Source: an uncultured Acidimicrobiia bacterium
GTDB lineage: Bacteria; Actinomycetota; Acidimicrobiia; Acidimicrobiales; AC-14
Reading direction: 5' to 3'
Assembly: GCA_963836205.1 (NCBI GenBank)
Contig: CAWIIV010000015.1
Span: forward strand, 192,001-256,000
DNA: 64,000 bases
Part shown: positions 8,063 to 16,892 of the stretch, in pieces
How positions within the stretch are numbered: position 1 is the first letter of the stretch
Layout: each line of letters starts with the position of its first letter
The notes under the pieces: model-generated
What the model saw: only the letters and a program-made list of their open reading frames with translations
Databases searched by the model: none
What the model was told of the DNA's origin: nothing
Position numbers and translations under genes: made by a program

Positions 8063-9466
8063 ATGGACGCGGCACCGCGACTGGCGGGGTGGGTCGACGG
8101 CGAGCGCGACCGGATCCTCGTCGACCTCTTCGCCTGGCTCCGCATCCCGTCGATCTCGGCCCAGCCCGACCACGCGCCCGACGTCCGCCGCTCGGCGGAG
8201 ATGACGGCCGACCTCCTCCGCCGGGCGGGTTTGGAACACGTCGAAATCCTCGAGACGGCGGGCGGCCCGTCCGTCTACGGCGACCTCCTCCACGCCGGAC
8301 CCGACGCCCCCACCGCCCTCGTCTACGGCCACCACGACGTCCAACCGGTCGACCCCCTCGACGAGTGGCACTCCCCTCCCTTCGAGCCGGTGGTGGCCGA
8401 CGGCCCCTACGGCCCCGAGTGCCGAGCCCGGGGCGCGATCGACGACAAGGGCCAGATCCTCTTCCAGATGGAGGCCGTACGGGGCCTGCTCGCCACCTCC
8501 GCCGACGGCCGGCTGCCGGTGAACGTGAAGTTCCTGGTCGAGGGGGAGGAGGAGGTCGGCAGCCCCCACTTCGAGGATCTCCTCGTGCGCGAACACCAGA
8601 GGCTCGCCTGCGACCTGGTGGTGGTGTCCGATACCGACATGTGGGCGCCCGACGTCCCTTCGGTGTGCGTGGGCATGCGGGGCCTCGTGGCCTTCGACGT
8701 GCAGGTGCGGACCGCCACGATGGACCTCCACTCCGGCCTTTTCGGGGGCGCGGTCCCCAACTCGGCCCACCTGATCGCCCGCCTGGTCGCAACCCTCCAC
8801 GACGACAACGCGCGGGTGACCATCCCCGGCTTCTACGACGACGTCCGGCCGCTCACCGAGGCGGAGGAAGCGTCGATGGCCACGATCCCCGTCGACGAGG
8901 ACGCGTGGCAGCGAATGGCCGGAGTCGGACGACTGGAGGGCGAGGCCGGGCGGTCGCTGCTCGAGCGCATCTGGACCCGTCCCACGTGCGAGATCGTCGG
9001 CATCGGCACCGGCTACCTCGGCGAGGGGATCAAGACCATCGTCCCCGCCACCGGCCGCTTCAAGGTGACCTTCCGCCTCGTGCCCGACCAGGACCCGGCC
9101 CGGGTGACCGCCGCGTTCCGGGCGTGGCTGGCGGCGGCCGTCCCCGACGGCATCGACGTCACGGTCACCCCCGAGGGGGGGGTGGCACCCGCCCTCACGC
9201 CCGTCGACCACCCGGCCATGGGCGCCCTGTGCCGGGCGGTGGCCCGGGTGTGGGGCAAGGAGCCGCTGTTCACCCGCATCGGCGGCAGCGGACCGGAGGA
9301 GGCGCTGGGCCGGGTGCTCGACGTCCCCGTCCTCTACCTGGGCGTGGCCCTGCCCGACGACCGCTTCCACGCCCCCAACGAGCGCATGGTGCTCGACCAG
9401 TTCTGGAAAGGGCTGCTGGCCGCAGGCGAGCTGTGGCACGAGTTGGGCGCGGTGGGCCGTGGCTGA
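8063..9466 (+). CDS. M20 family metallopeptidase (dipeptidase)
   Basis: YGHHDVQP, RGAIDDKGQ, EGEEEVGS, DLHSG, HAPNE motifs. Confidence 0.93.
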   Translation: MDAAPRLAGWVDGERDRILVDLFAWLRIPSISAQPDHAPDVRRSAEMTADLLRRAGLEHVEILETAGGPSVYGDLLHAGPDAPTALVYGHHDVQPVDPLDEWHSPPFEPVVADGPYGPECRARGAIDDKGQILFQMEAVRGLLATSADGRLPVNVKFLVEGEEEVGSPHFEDLLVREHQRLACDLVVVSDTDMWAPDVPSVCVGMRGLVAFDVQVRTATMDLHSGLFGGAVPNSAHLIARLVATLHDDNARVTIPGFYDDVRPLTEAEEASMATIPVDEDAWQRMAGVGRLEGEAGRSLLERIWTRPTCEIVGIGTGYLGEGIKTIVPATGRFKVTFRLVPDQDPARVTAAFRAWLAAAVPDGIDVTVTPEGGVAPALTPVDHPAMGALCRAVARVWGKEPLFTRIGGSGPEEALGRVLDVPVLYLGVALPDDRFHAPNERMVLDQFWKGLLAAGELWHELGAVGRG

Positions 9467-10196
9467 CGCGGCCGACGTGCCGCCCCCCGACCGGGAGTGG
9501 GTGTCGTTCGACGACGACGAGGAGTACCGCACGTGGGTGTTCGACGTGACGTTCCTCCTCAGCCGGTGGTCGTGCATCTACGGCCAGGGGTGCCAGGGCG
9601 TGCTCACCGGCCCCACGCCGGAACGGGAGCAGGGCTGCTGCTCCTACGGCGCCCATTTCACCGACCAGGCCGACGCCGACCGGGTGGCGGCGGTGGCGGC
9701 CACCCTGACGCCCGAGGAGTGGCAGTTCCACGCCGAGGGAGCCAGGCACGGGATCCTCAGAAAGCGGCCCGCCCAACCCAGGGTCACCCGGATGGTCAAG
9801 GGCGCCTGCCTGTTCCTCAACCGGCCCGGGTTCGCGGGGGGTGTGGGCTGCGCCCTCCACATCGCCGCCATCAACCGGGGCGGCCGTCCCCTCGACTACA
9901 AGCCCGACGTGTGCTGGCAGCTCCCCCTGCGCCGCGACGACCGGGACGACGAGGAGGGCCACGTGACGTCGACCATCGGCGAATGGGGGCGCTCGGGATG
10001 GGGCGCAGGCGGCGCCGAGTTCCACTGGTGGTGCACCGAGGCCCGGGAGGCCTACGCCGGCTCGGAGCCCCTCTACCGGAGCATGGCCGCCGAACTGGAG
10101 GCAATGGTGGGGACGACGGTGTACCGCCGCCTGGAGTCCTACCTCGACCGCCGGGCCGCCGGCAGCGTGCCCCTCCCCCACCCCGCTGTTCGCTGA
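9459..10196 (+). CDS. Cys-rich conserved hypothetical protein (DUF3109/YkgJ-like metal- or Fe-S-binding)
   Basis: CIYGQGC, GCCSYGAHF, GACLFL, GCALH, KPDVCWQLPL; overlaps the dipeptidase stop. Confidence 0.75.
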   Translation: MADAADVPPPDREWVSFDDDEEYRTWVFDVTFLLSRWSCIYGQGCQGVLTGPTPEREQGCCSYGAHFTDQADADRVAAVAATLTPEEWQFHAEGARHGILRKRPAQPRVTRMVKGACLFLNRPGFAGGVGCALHIAAINRGGRPLDYKPDVCWQLPLRRDDRDDEEGHVTSTIGEWGRSGWGAGGAEFHWWCTEAREAYAGSEPLYRSMAAELEAMVGTTVYRRLESYLDRRAAGSVPLPHPAVR

Positions 10197-10210
10197 GGAC
10201 GCGCCTTGCG

Positions 10211-10519
10211 CTAGGGCTCCTGCCCGCCGCCTCCACCGCCACCGCCGCCGCCGCTTGCGACCTGACCGCCCGATCCGGCGGCCGCCGACCCGCCTGCACC
10301 TGCTCCGATGCTGCCCGATTGCGGGACGATGGGGCCGGTACTCGGGCTGTCGTCGATGTCGCCGTCGTCGTCGTTCTCGAGGTCCTCGGTGGCCAGGCAC
10401 CAGCTGGCGTGCTCCTCGTCGGGGGCCGCGCCGCACTCGGCGCACGGCTCGACGATCACTTCCACCGTGCGCTTGAGTGCCCTCGCCTCCTCGAAGCGCC
10501 GATGACGTCCCTTTTTCAC
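10211..10519 (-). CDS. Small hypothetical protein with basic N-terminus, CxxC...HxxxC motif and acidic/Gly-rich tail
   Basis: GGGAG then GTG at 10519 (frame is open to 10591); CAEC...HASWC. Confidence 0.5.
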   Translation of the reverse strand: MKKGRHRRFEEARALKRTVEVIVEPCAECGAAPDEEHASWCLATEDLENDDDGDIDDSPSTGPIVPQSGSIGAGAGGSAAAGSGGQVASGGGGGGGGGGQEP

Positions 10520-10608
10520 GTTGGTGCTCCCGACTTTCGCTAACTGGGACCGCATCCAGTCTACCGCTGGGCGCTCCGCTCGCCCCACCATGACTACGGT
10601 TGGACGCC

Positions 10609-10836
10609 ATGGCCGAGGACTTCGACGTGGACGCTCTGGTGACCCGTTTCAAGGAACGGGCCGCCGCCGTCCGCAGCCGCGGCGTCCCTCCCTTGGAGGG
10701 CGACGACCGCAAGCGTTTCATGGCCCGGATGCAGCTCGATTACATGGACTACGCCATGCTCGGCGACGCCACCGGCACCCTCGACGACGGCATCCTCACC
10801 CTGAGAATCGACCTCAGGCCGAAGGCGGACGACTGA
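10609..10836 (+). CDS. Small hypothetical protein (75 aa)
   Basis: MAEDFDVDALVTRFKERAAAVRSRGVPPLEG...; host-like GC-ending codons; TACGGT 8 nt upstream. Confidence 0.75.
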   Translation: MAEDFDVDALVTRFKERAAAVRSRGVPPLEGDDRKRFMARMQLDYMDYAMLGDATGTLDDGILTLRIDLRPKADD

Positions 10837-11818
10837 CCCGACGCCAGTCAGGCGGGAGGCACTGCGCTGCAGCGACGCCGTACCGCACGAACACGTCGTG
10901 CGCGGCGCGGGCGGTGCCAAGCATGGACGACGAGTCAACGGCCATGTCGCCGGCACACCAGGGCGCGCTCCGATCGTCGGGGTCCGGGTCGTCACAACAG
11001 TTTGCAAGCTGGGTGCAGGCGACTTTGGCCAAATAGGGGCTCTCCCGAATGCCGGCCAGGATCTCCGGATGCGGCACGGCTTCCCATCGTCGGCCGTTCT
11101 GTATCACCACCGACGACGCCTGAGTGGCCCGAGAAAACATCGACGCGAATGTCTTCGGCTCGGCCCGCCCTGGTCGCCCACCGTGGTGCGGAAAGAGAAG
11201 GACGTCGCACAGGAGGATTAGCGGGTCGCGGCCGGTGAGGTGCATGAGGGCGTGGTCGTCGCTGTCACCACCAAGCACGACGCTCGGATCGGTCGGACCC
11301 TGGCTGTCGAGGCGGCCCACGATCGAAAAGCGGTTCCGGTGCTCAGGGCGGACGACGCCGCTCCCGGGAAGCGGCCAGATGGCGGTGAACCGCACGCCCG
11401 GCCCCAGATCAAAGCCGCCACCGTCGACGAGAGGCGTCGGGCGCCGCCCGGTCTTCTCGCGCCAGACATCGATCGCGTCGAGCAGGTCCCGCTCGTGGTT
11501 CCCCCGAGAGTTTGCATCCCGGCCTGGCACGTCGATCTGGTCGACCTCGACCTGATTGGCATAGAGGGCGCGAATGTCGAATGCCTCACTGAGAAGCAGC
11601 GCTGGCAGACCTTCGTAGTGGTCGCGGTGAAGATGAGTCAGGACTACCGCCTCGATCACGACGCGGCCGTCGTCGCCCACTTCCAGCTCCTGGCGCAGCA
11701 GCCAGTTCAACGTCGTGGCCTGAGCACCGCCGGCATCGACTATCGCGCACTGGTTCCCGGAACGCACTACCACACTCGATCCGTGCCCGACATCGAGGAA
11801 GTCGACACGCATCGTCAA
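10814..11818 (-). CDS. ComEC/Rec2-type metallo-beta-lactamase-fold hydrolase (putative nuclease), cytoplasmic
   Basis: FLDVGHG, IVDAGG, THLHRDH (HxHxDH), GGDSD, FPHHGG, VPHPEIL; no signal peptide or TM segments; start TTG 11818 or ATG 11812. Confidence 0.85.
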   Translation of the reverse strand: MTMRVDFLDVGHGSSVVVRSGNQCAIVDAGGAQATTLNWLLRQELEVGDDGRVVIEAVVLTHLHRDHYEGLPALLLSEAFDIRALYANQVEVDQIDVPGRDANSRGNHERDLLDAIDVWREKTGRRPTPLVDGGGFDLGPGVRFTAIWPLPGSGVVRPEHRNRFSIVGRLDSQGPTDPSVVLGGDSDDHALMHLTGRDPLILLCDVLLFPHHGGRPGRAEPKTFASMFSRATQASSVVIQNGRRWEAVPHPEILAGIRESPYLAKVACTQLANCCDDPDPDDRSAPWCAGDMAVDSSSMLGTARAAHDVFVRYGVAAAQCLPPDWRRVSRPPSA

Positions 11819-12732
11819 TCGGGATTCCCGTCATCGGCATCCGTCTCGTACAGCTCCTTCAGCTCCTCGTGAATAGCCTTCCACTCCGACCTCGTTGCCT
11901 CGTCCGCCGCCTTCTTCTTGTGTCGGCGCCCAGCGGGAGTGTCCACCGGAGCCTCCGGATCTATGACCGACGCAGGCTCGTTCCATGCCAGTTGCGACCG
12001 GAACCGGGAGGAAAGGCCGATCCTTTCGATAATCGCCAGGTTGAGGGTATAGGCGTCTTCCGCCTCGGGGTCGTACTCGACCCGCACCAACATGGGATTT
12101 TCGGGCTTGATGCCGTCGACCCGGTCCTCGAACGACGAAAGGACGTCGGAGGGCTGCCGTCGCCACCAGGCCCGGTCAACGACCACTTCCTTGTCCGCCC
12201 GCCACGAGGGCACAACTAGCCGGCTGAACATGGCATCTGGCGACCACTCGAGCACCTTGGCCACGGCGGTCGTCCGCGCCGACACTGTGGGCCGCAGGTC
12301 GACCTCCACCGGCGGTAGCCCGAGAACCTCGGCCACCAGGGCGACGATTGTCTTGTCGACCATGAGTTGATTCTTCACTGCTGCAAGGTTGCAGTGCTTA
12401 CGGAGCTCGGTCGTCTCGTCGGCGGGAACTGTGAGCAGACTATAGATGATGACCGGCGTGTCGACATTGGGTGATTCGGGGATGCCTCGCCGCACGACAT
12501 CGAGGCCGCAGCGAGCGTCACCCCATCCACTAAGGTCGAGGTAATCGAGCACGATCACCTCGAACACCTGCTTCTTCAGCACAGTCACCGCATGTTCCAC
12601 GTCCCACACGTAGTGAACTTCGAGGTTGAGCTCAGCCTCTATGAGCGCTGCCCGCTTCCGACCCGCACCCCGCTGATCGTCGAACAGAAGGACGCTGCTC
12701 GTAACGGGAACCAGAATTGCCGCGAGATTCAC
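11815..12732 (-). CDS. Response-regulator receiver-domain protein with an unrecognised C-terminal domain (no HTH)
   Basis: VLLFDD acidic pocket, VIVLDY phosphoacceptor Asp, CGLDVV, TPVIIYS; GTG at 12732 overlaps the kinase TGA. Confidence 0.75.
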   Translation of the reverse strand: MNLAAILVPVTSSVLLFDDQRGAGRKRAALIEAELNLEVHYVWDVEHAVTVLKKQVFEVIVLDYLDLSGWGDARCGLDVVRRGIPESPNVDTPVIIYSLLTVPADETTELRKHCNLAAVKNQLMVDKTIVALVAEVLGLPPVEVDLRPTVSARTTAVAKVLEWSPDAMFSRLVVPSWRADKEVVVDRAWWRRQPSDVLSSFEDRVDGIKPENPMLVRVEYDPEAEDAYTLNLAIIERIGLSSRFRSQLAWNEPASVIDPEAPVDTPAGRRHKKKAADEATRSEWKAIHEELKELYETDADDGNPD

Positions 12733-15194
12733 GGCCGCGACGCGGGCGGCGACGATAGGCCCGGCCCGCTCCAATTGTGGACACCCGCCGGGAGATCGTT
12801 TCGCACCCACAGCTCGAATCGGGTGTCGAATCCCTGGCGCTCACGGCGGAGCGGATCATCGAGCGTCGGCCGGCTGTGCCGAAGGGCGACGTCGCCCTCG
12901 TGAGCCTGCGCCACCTGCCGAGCCAGGAAAAGACCGATACCCAGGCCTGGGATGGCCCGGCGCGAATGGACGAATCCCCCGCGCTTGAAAGGAAGAAAAA
13001 TCGTCGTGCGCCGGCTCTCCGGGATAGGGAGGCCCCAATTGTCGACAGTCACGTATAGCTGCCTTCCATCCCGCCGGGCACGCACCGCGATACAAACTGG
13101 CTGGGCCCGCTCCCTTGTGATCGAGTACTTTACTGCGTTGTCGAGAAGCGCGACAAGTGCATAGGTCAGGCGATCCTGGTCGACACACAAGCTCCCGAGC
13201 CGGCGCAGGACATCATCGTCGAGGGTCACCGTATACCTGGCGATATCGAACTGCTCCCTTAGGGAGCCCGGGAACCTGGTATCGAGTTGTGCGATGGCGT
13301 CGCGAATCAAGTCGCGCACTGGAACCTGAGCGAAGTCGAACTGGATCGACTCCTCCTGGCCGGCCACGAAGTACGCCATTGAGAAGATCCGGAGCGCAGC
13401 CGCTCGCGTCGTAAGGAGGTGATTCCGGGCCTCCCGCATGTCCCAGACGACATTGTGCGCCACAACCCCCCCCTGGGCACACGTCTGCACCGCGTTCGCC
13501 CCGCTTTGGAGGGCGGAGCTAGCCTCCGACACCAACGAAAGGAGGCTGGTGCCAAGTTCGTGCTGGAGAAACTTCACCACGTCTAGGCCGACGCGGCTGG
13601 CCAGGTCCGAGCGGCGATGGCTGGTGGCTTGGGCGAGATAGACGGTGATGATCTGCAGCATGCTCAGTCGGAGCGGGATGTGGTCGCGAAGCTCCCGGGC
13701 GACCTCGAACGGCTGGCCGGTCTGGGTGCGGCAGATCGGGATGAGCAGGGCAACGGACGCGTTGTCGACCAGGGCGTAGGTACACAGCAAGTGCGTGTAG
13801 CCACGAACGAGCAGGGCGTCGGTCATCACACTGCGCTCTGTTAGCGGCAACAGAAGAGTGTGCTCGGCGACCTCCTCGACGGCTCCGCCCGGCTGCTCAT
13901 CACCGTTGAGCACCAGTGCCAGCGATGCTGGCCAATCGGATACGCCCCGAGTGGGATTCTCCGGAAATGGCAATCCCTCGGCGACGAACACATCGACGCC
14001 ACCGTCGACGCCAGTCCCCAGCAGGGCCCAGGACTTCACATTTATGGTGAGCAGCGCCTTGTGCACCGCAGCTCGAAGCTGAGCCCGGTCGAGCTCGCCA
14101 GAGACCTCTACGCTAAGTCCGCGGATCGACTCGGAAACCGTATGTGACTGGTGGGCGTCGAGCTCGTCCGAAAGCCGTCGGCAGGCGACGTGGAGGAGCT
14201 CCCGGTCGGCGAAGAAGGGCAGCCGGGGAGAGTCGTCGCGGTTGATGAACCGGAGGAGGTACCGCGCGTCGTGATGGCCGATCTGCTCGTAGAGCACGGT
14301 CCTGACCTCGGCCTGGAACAGGTTCTCGTGCCACTGACGAGAGGCCTCGTTGACGAATGCCTGCTCGAGGACAGAGAAGTTCGGCTGGTAACGGTCGTCA
14401 GCACTCAACCATGCAGCTCCGGTGAGGCGCTCGCCGAGGGAATACGACTCCGGCTCCGGGTCGACGACGCGGTAGCGCGCCTCAAAGTCCGGGGCCGGGC
14501 ATTCTGCGTCTGTGAGCTTCGTGAGCTCCCCTCGAACCCAATCGTACTCGAAAGCGGTGGCGATTCCCGCCCGCATCGCCCACCGGAGCGACGCTGCAAC
14601 GTCGGTGATCCAACGCCTTTGCTCAGGGTGAGGATGGTTAAGGCCAGCGAAACGTCCGGCGACGTCGCGCCGGTATCGGGCCCCGAGCGTCATGCCCAGA
14701 AGTGACAAAGCCTCGGCATCGGCCGCCGGGATCGGAGGGTCGGCGCCTTTCCGATCTGCGTGGAGCACGCCTACCGCCTCAGTTCCGTCGAGCACAGGCA
14801 CTTCGACCAGTGTGCGGATCTGCAGCATCAGCTCAGGAGGAGTCATGCTCGTCCCGAGCCGATTGCCATGCGCCTGCATTGGCATCCGCCACGCCGAGAC
14901 GTCAGGACCGAGGAGCGAGTTCCGAATGGAATAGCTGAGGCGGCCGGGCACGACAAGAGGATTATCCGGACGCCGCTCGACAAGAACGAGCTTCGGCGCA
15001 TCCGGATCGAGGTCGCCGGGATCACGAAACGGCGGCTTGACCAGAGCGTAGAAACGAGCCCGCTCGAAACCGGCGTCGATGAGCCAGGCAAGGGCGGCCC
15101 GGACGGCCGAACCCCGAGTAGGCGCGGTCGAAATCGGGGACAGGGTCCCGACCGGCCGGTTAGCCGGGCTGGACTGTGTAGTCACCTCCGGCAT
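12729..15194 (-). CDS. Soluble sensor histidine kinase (GAF-like N-terminal region, HisKA, HATPase_c)
   Basis: H-box FLQHELGTSL, N-box LLDNAVKYS, VDNWGLPIP, IFLPFKRG, G2 GLGIGLFLARQVAQAHEG; AAGGAG upstream; no clear TM helix. Confidence 0.87.
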   Translation of the reverse strand: MPEVTTQSSPANRPVGTLSPISTAPTRGSAVRAALAWLIDAGFERARFYALVKPPFRDPGDLDPDAPKLVLVERRPDNPLVVPGRLSYSIRNSLLGPDVSAWRMPMQAHGNRLGTSMTPPELMLQIRTLVEVPVLDGTEAVGVLHADRKGADPPIPAADAEALSLLGMTLGARYRRDVAGRFAGLNHPHPEQRRWITDVAASLRWAMRAGIATAFEYDWVRGELTKLTDAECPAPDFEARYRVVDPEPESYSLGERLTGAAWLSADDRYQPNFSVLEQAFVNEASRQWHENLFQAEVRTVLYEQIGHHDARYLLRFINRDDSPRLPFFADRELLHVACRRLSDELDAHQSHTVSESIRGLSVEVSGELDRAQLRAAVHKALLTINVKSWALLGTGVDGGVDVFVAEGLPFPENPTRGVSDWPASLALVLNGDEQPGGAVEEVAEHTLLLPLTERSVMTDALLVRGYTHLLCTYALVDNASVALLIPICRTQTGQPFEVARELRDHIPLRLSMLQIITVYLAQATSHRRSDLASRVGLDVVKFLQHELGTSLLSLVSEASSALQSGANAVQTCAQGGVVAHNVVWDMREARNHLLTTRAAALRIFSMAYFVAGQEESIQFDFAQVPVRDLIRDAIAQLDTRFPGSLREQFDIARYTVTLDDDVLRRLGSLCVDQDRLTYALVALLDNAVKYSITRERAQPVCIAVRARRDGRQLYVTVDNWGLPIPESRRTTIFLPFKRGGFVHSRRAIPGLGIGLFLARQVAQAHEGDVALRHSRPTLDDPLRRERQGFDTRFELWVRNDLPAGVHNWSGPGLSSPPASRP

Positions 15195-15232
15195 GGTAGG
15201 TGAGGCTCCTTACCGAGGTGAGCGCTTACTTC

Positions 15233-15559
15233 CTACTTACCCGGCGACTCGCCGGCGACGATCTCGCGGCCGCTGTCGGCCCACGCCTTGGTGCCGCCGG
15301 CGACGGAGTAGGCGTCGACGCCCTGTTGCCGCAGCCACTGCACCACCTTGAGGCTGCGCCCGCCCAGGTGGCAGATGACGTACACCTGGCCGTCGGCCGG
15401 CACCTCCTCCACCCGCTCGGCGATCTCGCTCATGGGCAGGAGGATGACCCCGGGAACGTGGCCCTCGAGGTACTCCTCCGTCTCCCGTACGTCGACGACG
15501 GGGGTACCAGCCGCCCGCGCCTTCTCCAGCTGCTCGATGTCGACCTCGACCGGGTTCAT
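15233..15559 (-). CDS. Rhodanese-like domain protein
   Basis: VVDVRETEEYLEGHVPG, VICHLGGRS active-site loop, AGGTKAW; ATGA overlap with the upstream gene. Confidence 0.92.
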   Translation of the reverse strand: MNPVEVDIEQLEKARAAGTPVVDVRETEEYLEGHVPGVILLPMSEIAERVEEVPADGQVYVICHLGGRSLKVVQWLRQQGVDAYSVAGGTKAWADSGREIVAGESPGK

Positions 15560-16059
15560 GCCCGCCATCTTCGCAGGTAGCGGGCGTGTTCCTGGTCGAC
15601 GTCGCCGATGGCCGACGAGGCCTCGGCCGCGGTCATCACCACCAGCCGGGCGTGGGCCTCGGCGCACCGGCGGCCGCCACCGTCGGCCTCCACCACTTCG
15701 GCCCGGGCCGTGACCGCGGCGTCGGTGACCGTCTGCACCGACGCCGTCACCCGGTAGGGCCGCCCCACCCGCACCGGGCGGTCGAACGTGGTGGCCGTCT
15801 GGTGGACGACGGCGAAGCGCTCGGCGACGGCGATCGCAGCCCAGGCCATGGCCTCGTCGAGGATGGCCAGCACCACCCCGCCGTGGACGTAGCGGGGCAC
15901 CCCCGAGAACTCGTCGCCCAGGGTGAACTCGGCGGTGACGACGGCCGCCTCGTCGTCGTAGAGGAACGGGATGCCGAGGCCCCGGGTGTTGGTCGGCTCG
16001 CACACGAAGCAGTTGGTGTCGAACCCCCAGGCCCCGTTGTCCAGGTGCCGCACGGCCAT
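15556..16059 (-). CDS. PaaI/hotdog-fold thioesterase
   Basis: CFVCEPTN..GL and VHGGVVLAILDEAMAWA motifs; TACGGT-N6-ATG. Confidence 0.88.
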   Translation of the reverse strand: MAVRHLDNGAWGFDTNCFVCEPTNTRGLGIPFLYDDEAAVVTAEFTLGDEFSGVPRYVHGGVVLAILDEAMAWAAIAVAERFAVVHQTATTFDRPVRVGRPYRVTASVQTVTDAAVTARAEVVEADGGGRRCAEAHARLVVMTAAEASSAIGDVDQEHARYLRRWRA

Positions 16060-16072
16060 CAGGCAACCGTAA

Positions 16073-16888
16073 TCATCGGGGCTCCCTGGCGAGGTCGACC
16101 GTCACCGCCAGGTGGTCCGACAGCGGGAGGAGGTGGGCGCCGCTGTCCACCACCGGGGGGAGGGTCCCCCGCCCGAGGACGTGGTCGATCTGCATCGACG
16201 GCTTGGGGGCGGGGAACGTGGCCGCCTTCACCAGCGAGCGCCAGCCCGCCGGCGGCCGGACGAAGAGGTTGGGGACGTTGAGATCGCCCAGCAGGACGCA
16301 CCGCCCGTCGAGATGCCCGTCGGCCAGGGCGGCCAGGGCCTGGGTGAGGCGGCGGAGCTGGGCCAGGTTCCAGCCGGGGACGAACGAGAGGTGGGTGTTG
16401 GCCACCAGCAGACGCCCGCCCGGCCCGGGCAGCTCGACCTCGGCGGCCAGACCCACCCGGGGCTCGTCGTCGAGGAGTATCAGTCCCCCGCCCGGCACGT
16501 ACACCGGCGACCGGAGCTTGGCCGGGGCCAGGCGGACCACATGCCATGCCCGCACCGGCAGCCGGGACACGATCGACACCCCGTAGCCGGCTTCTCCTTC
16601 CGCCATGTCGTCGTCGGTGGCCGGCCGCCACTCCGCTCCCGGCTCCCCTACGAGGGCGGGAACGAAGCGCCAGGCCACCGCACCCATGGCCTCGGCCACG
16701 ACTGCCGTCTGGTCGACCATTCCCGAGCGGGCCTGGCCCCGGTCGACCTCCTGGAGGCAGAGGACGTCGGCGTCGAGCGACAGGCAGGCGTCGACCAGGC
16801 GGTCGGTGCGCACCTCGCCGTCGGCCGGTGCCTGGCCGTGGAGGACGTTGAACGTCGCCAGCCGGACGACGCCCGCCGGCCGGCTCAG
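16073..16888 (-). CDS. Endonuclease/exonuclease/phosphatase family protein
   Basis: RLATFNVLHG (upstream of the ORF-track start at 16813), CLQEVD, NTHLS, GDLN, IDHVL, SDHL. Start placed at CTG 16888 because no canonical start precedes the first motif. Confidence 0.85.
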   Translation of the reverse strand: MSRPAGVVRLATFNVLHGQAPADGEVRTDRLVDACLSLDADVLCLQEVDRGQARSGMVDQTAVVAEAMGAVAWRFVPALVGEPGAEWRPATDDDMAEGEAGYGVSIVSRLPVRAWHVVRLAPAKLRSPVYVPGGGLILLDDEPRVGLAAEVELPGPGGRLLVANTHLSFVPGWNLAQLRRLTQALAALADGHLDGRCVLLGDLNVPNLFVRPPAGWRSLVKAATFPAPKPSMQIDHVLGRGTLPPVVDSGAHLLPLSDHLAVTVDLAREPR

Positions 16889-16892
16889 GCCC

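Noticed and set aside
10814-11818. Calling the MBL gene comEC or a beta-lactamase
   Set aside because: No competence membrane domain or signal peptide, and the context is a kinase/receiver cassette.
10800-15240. Prophage, IS or integrative element around the AT-richer cassette
   Set aside because: No integrase, transposase, tRNA target, terminal inverted repeats or target-site duplication found.
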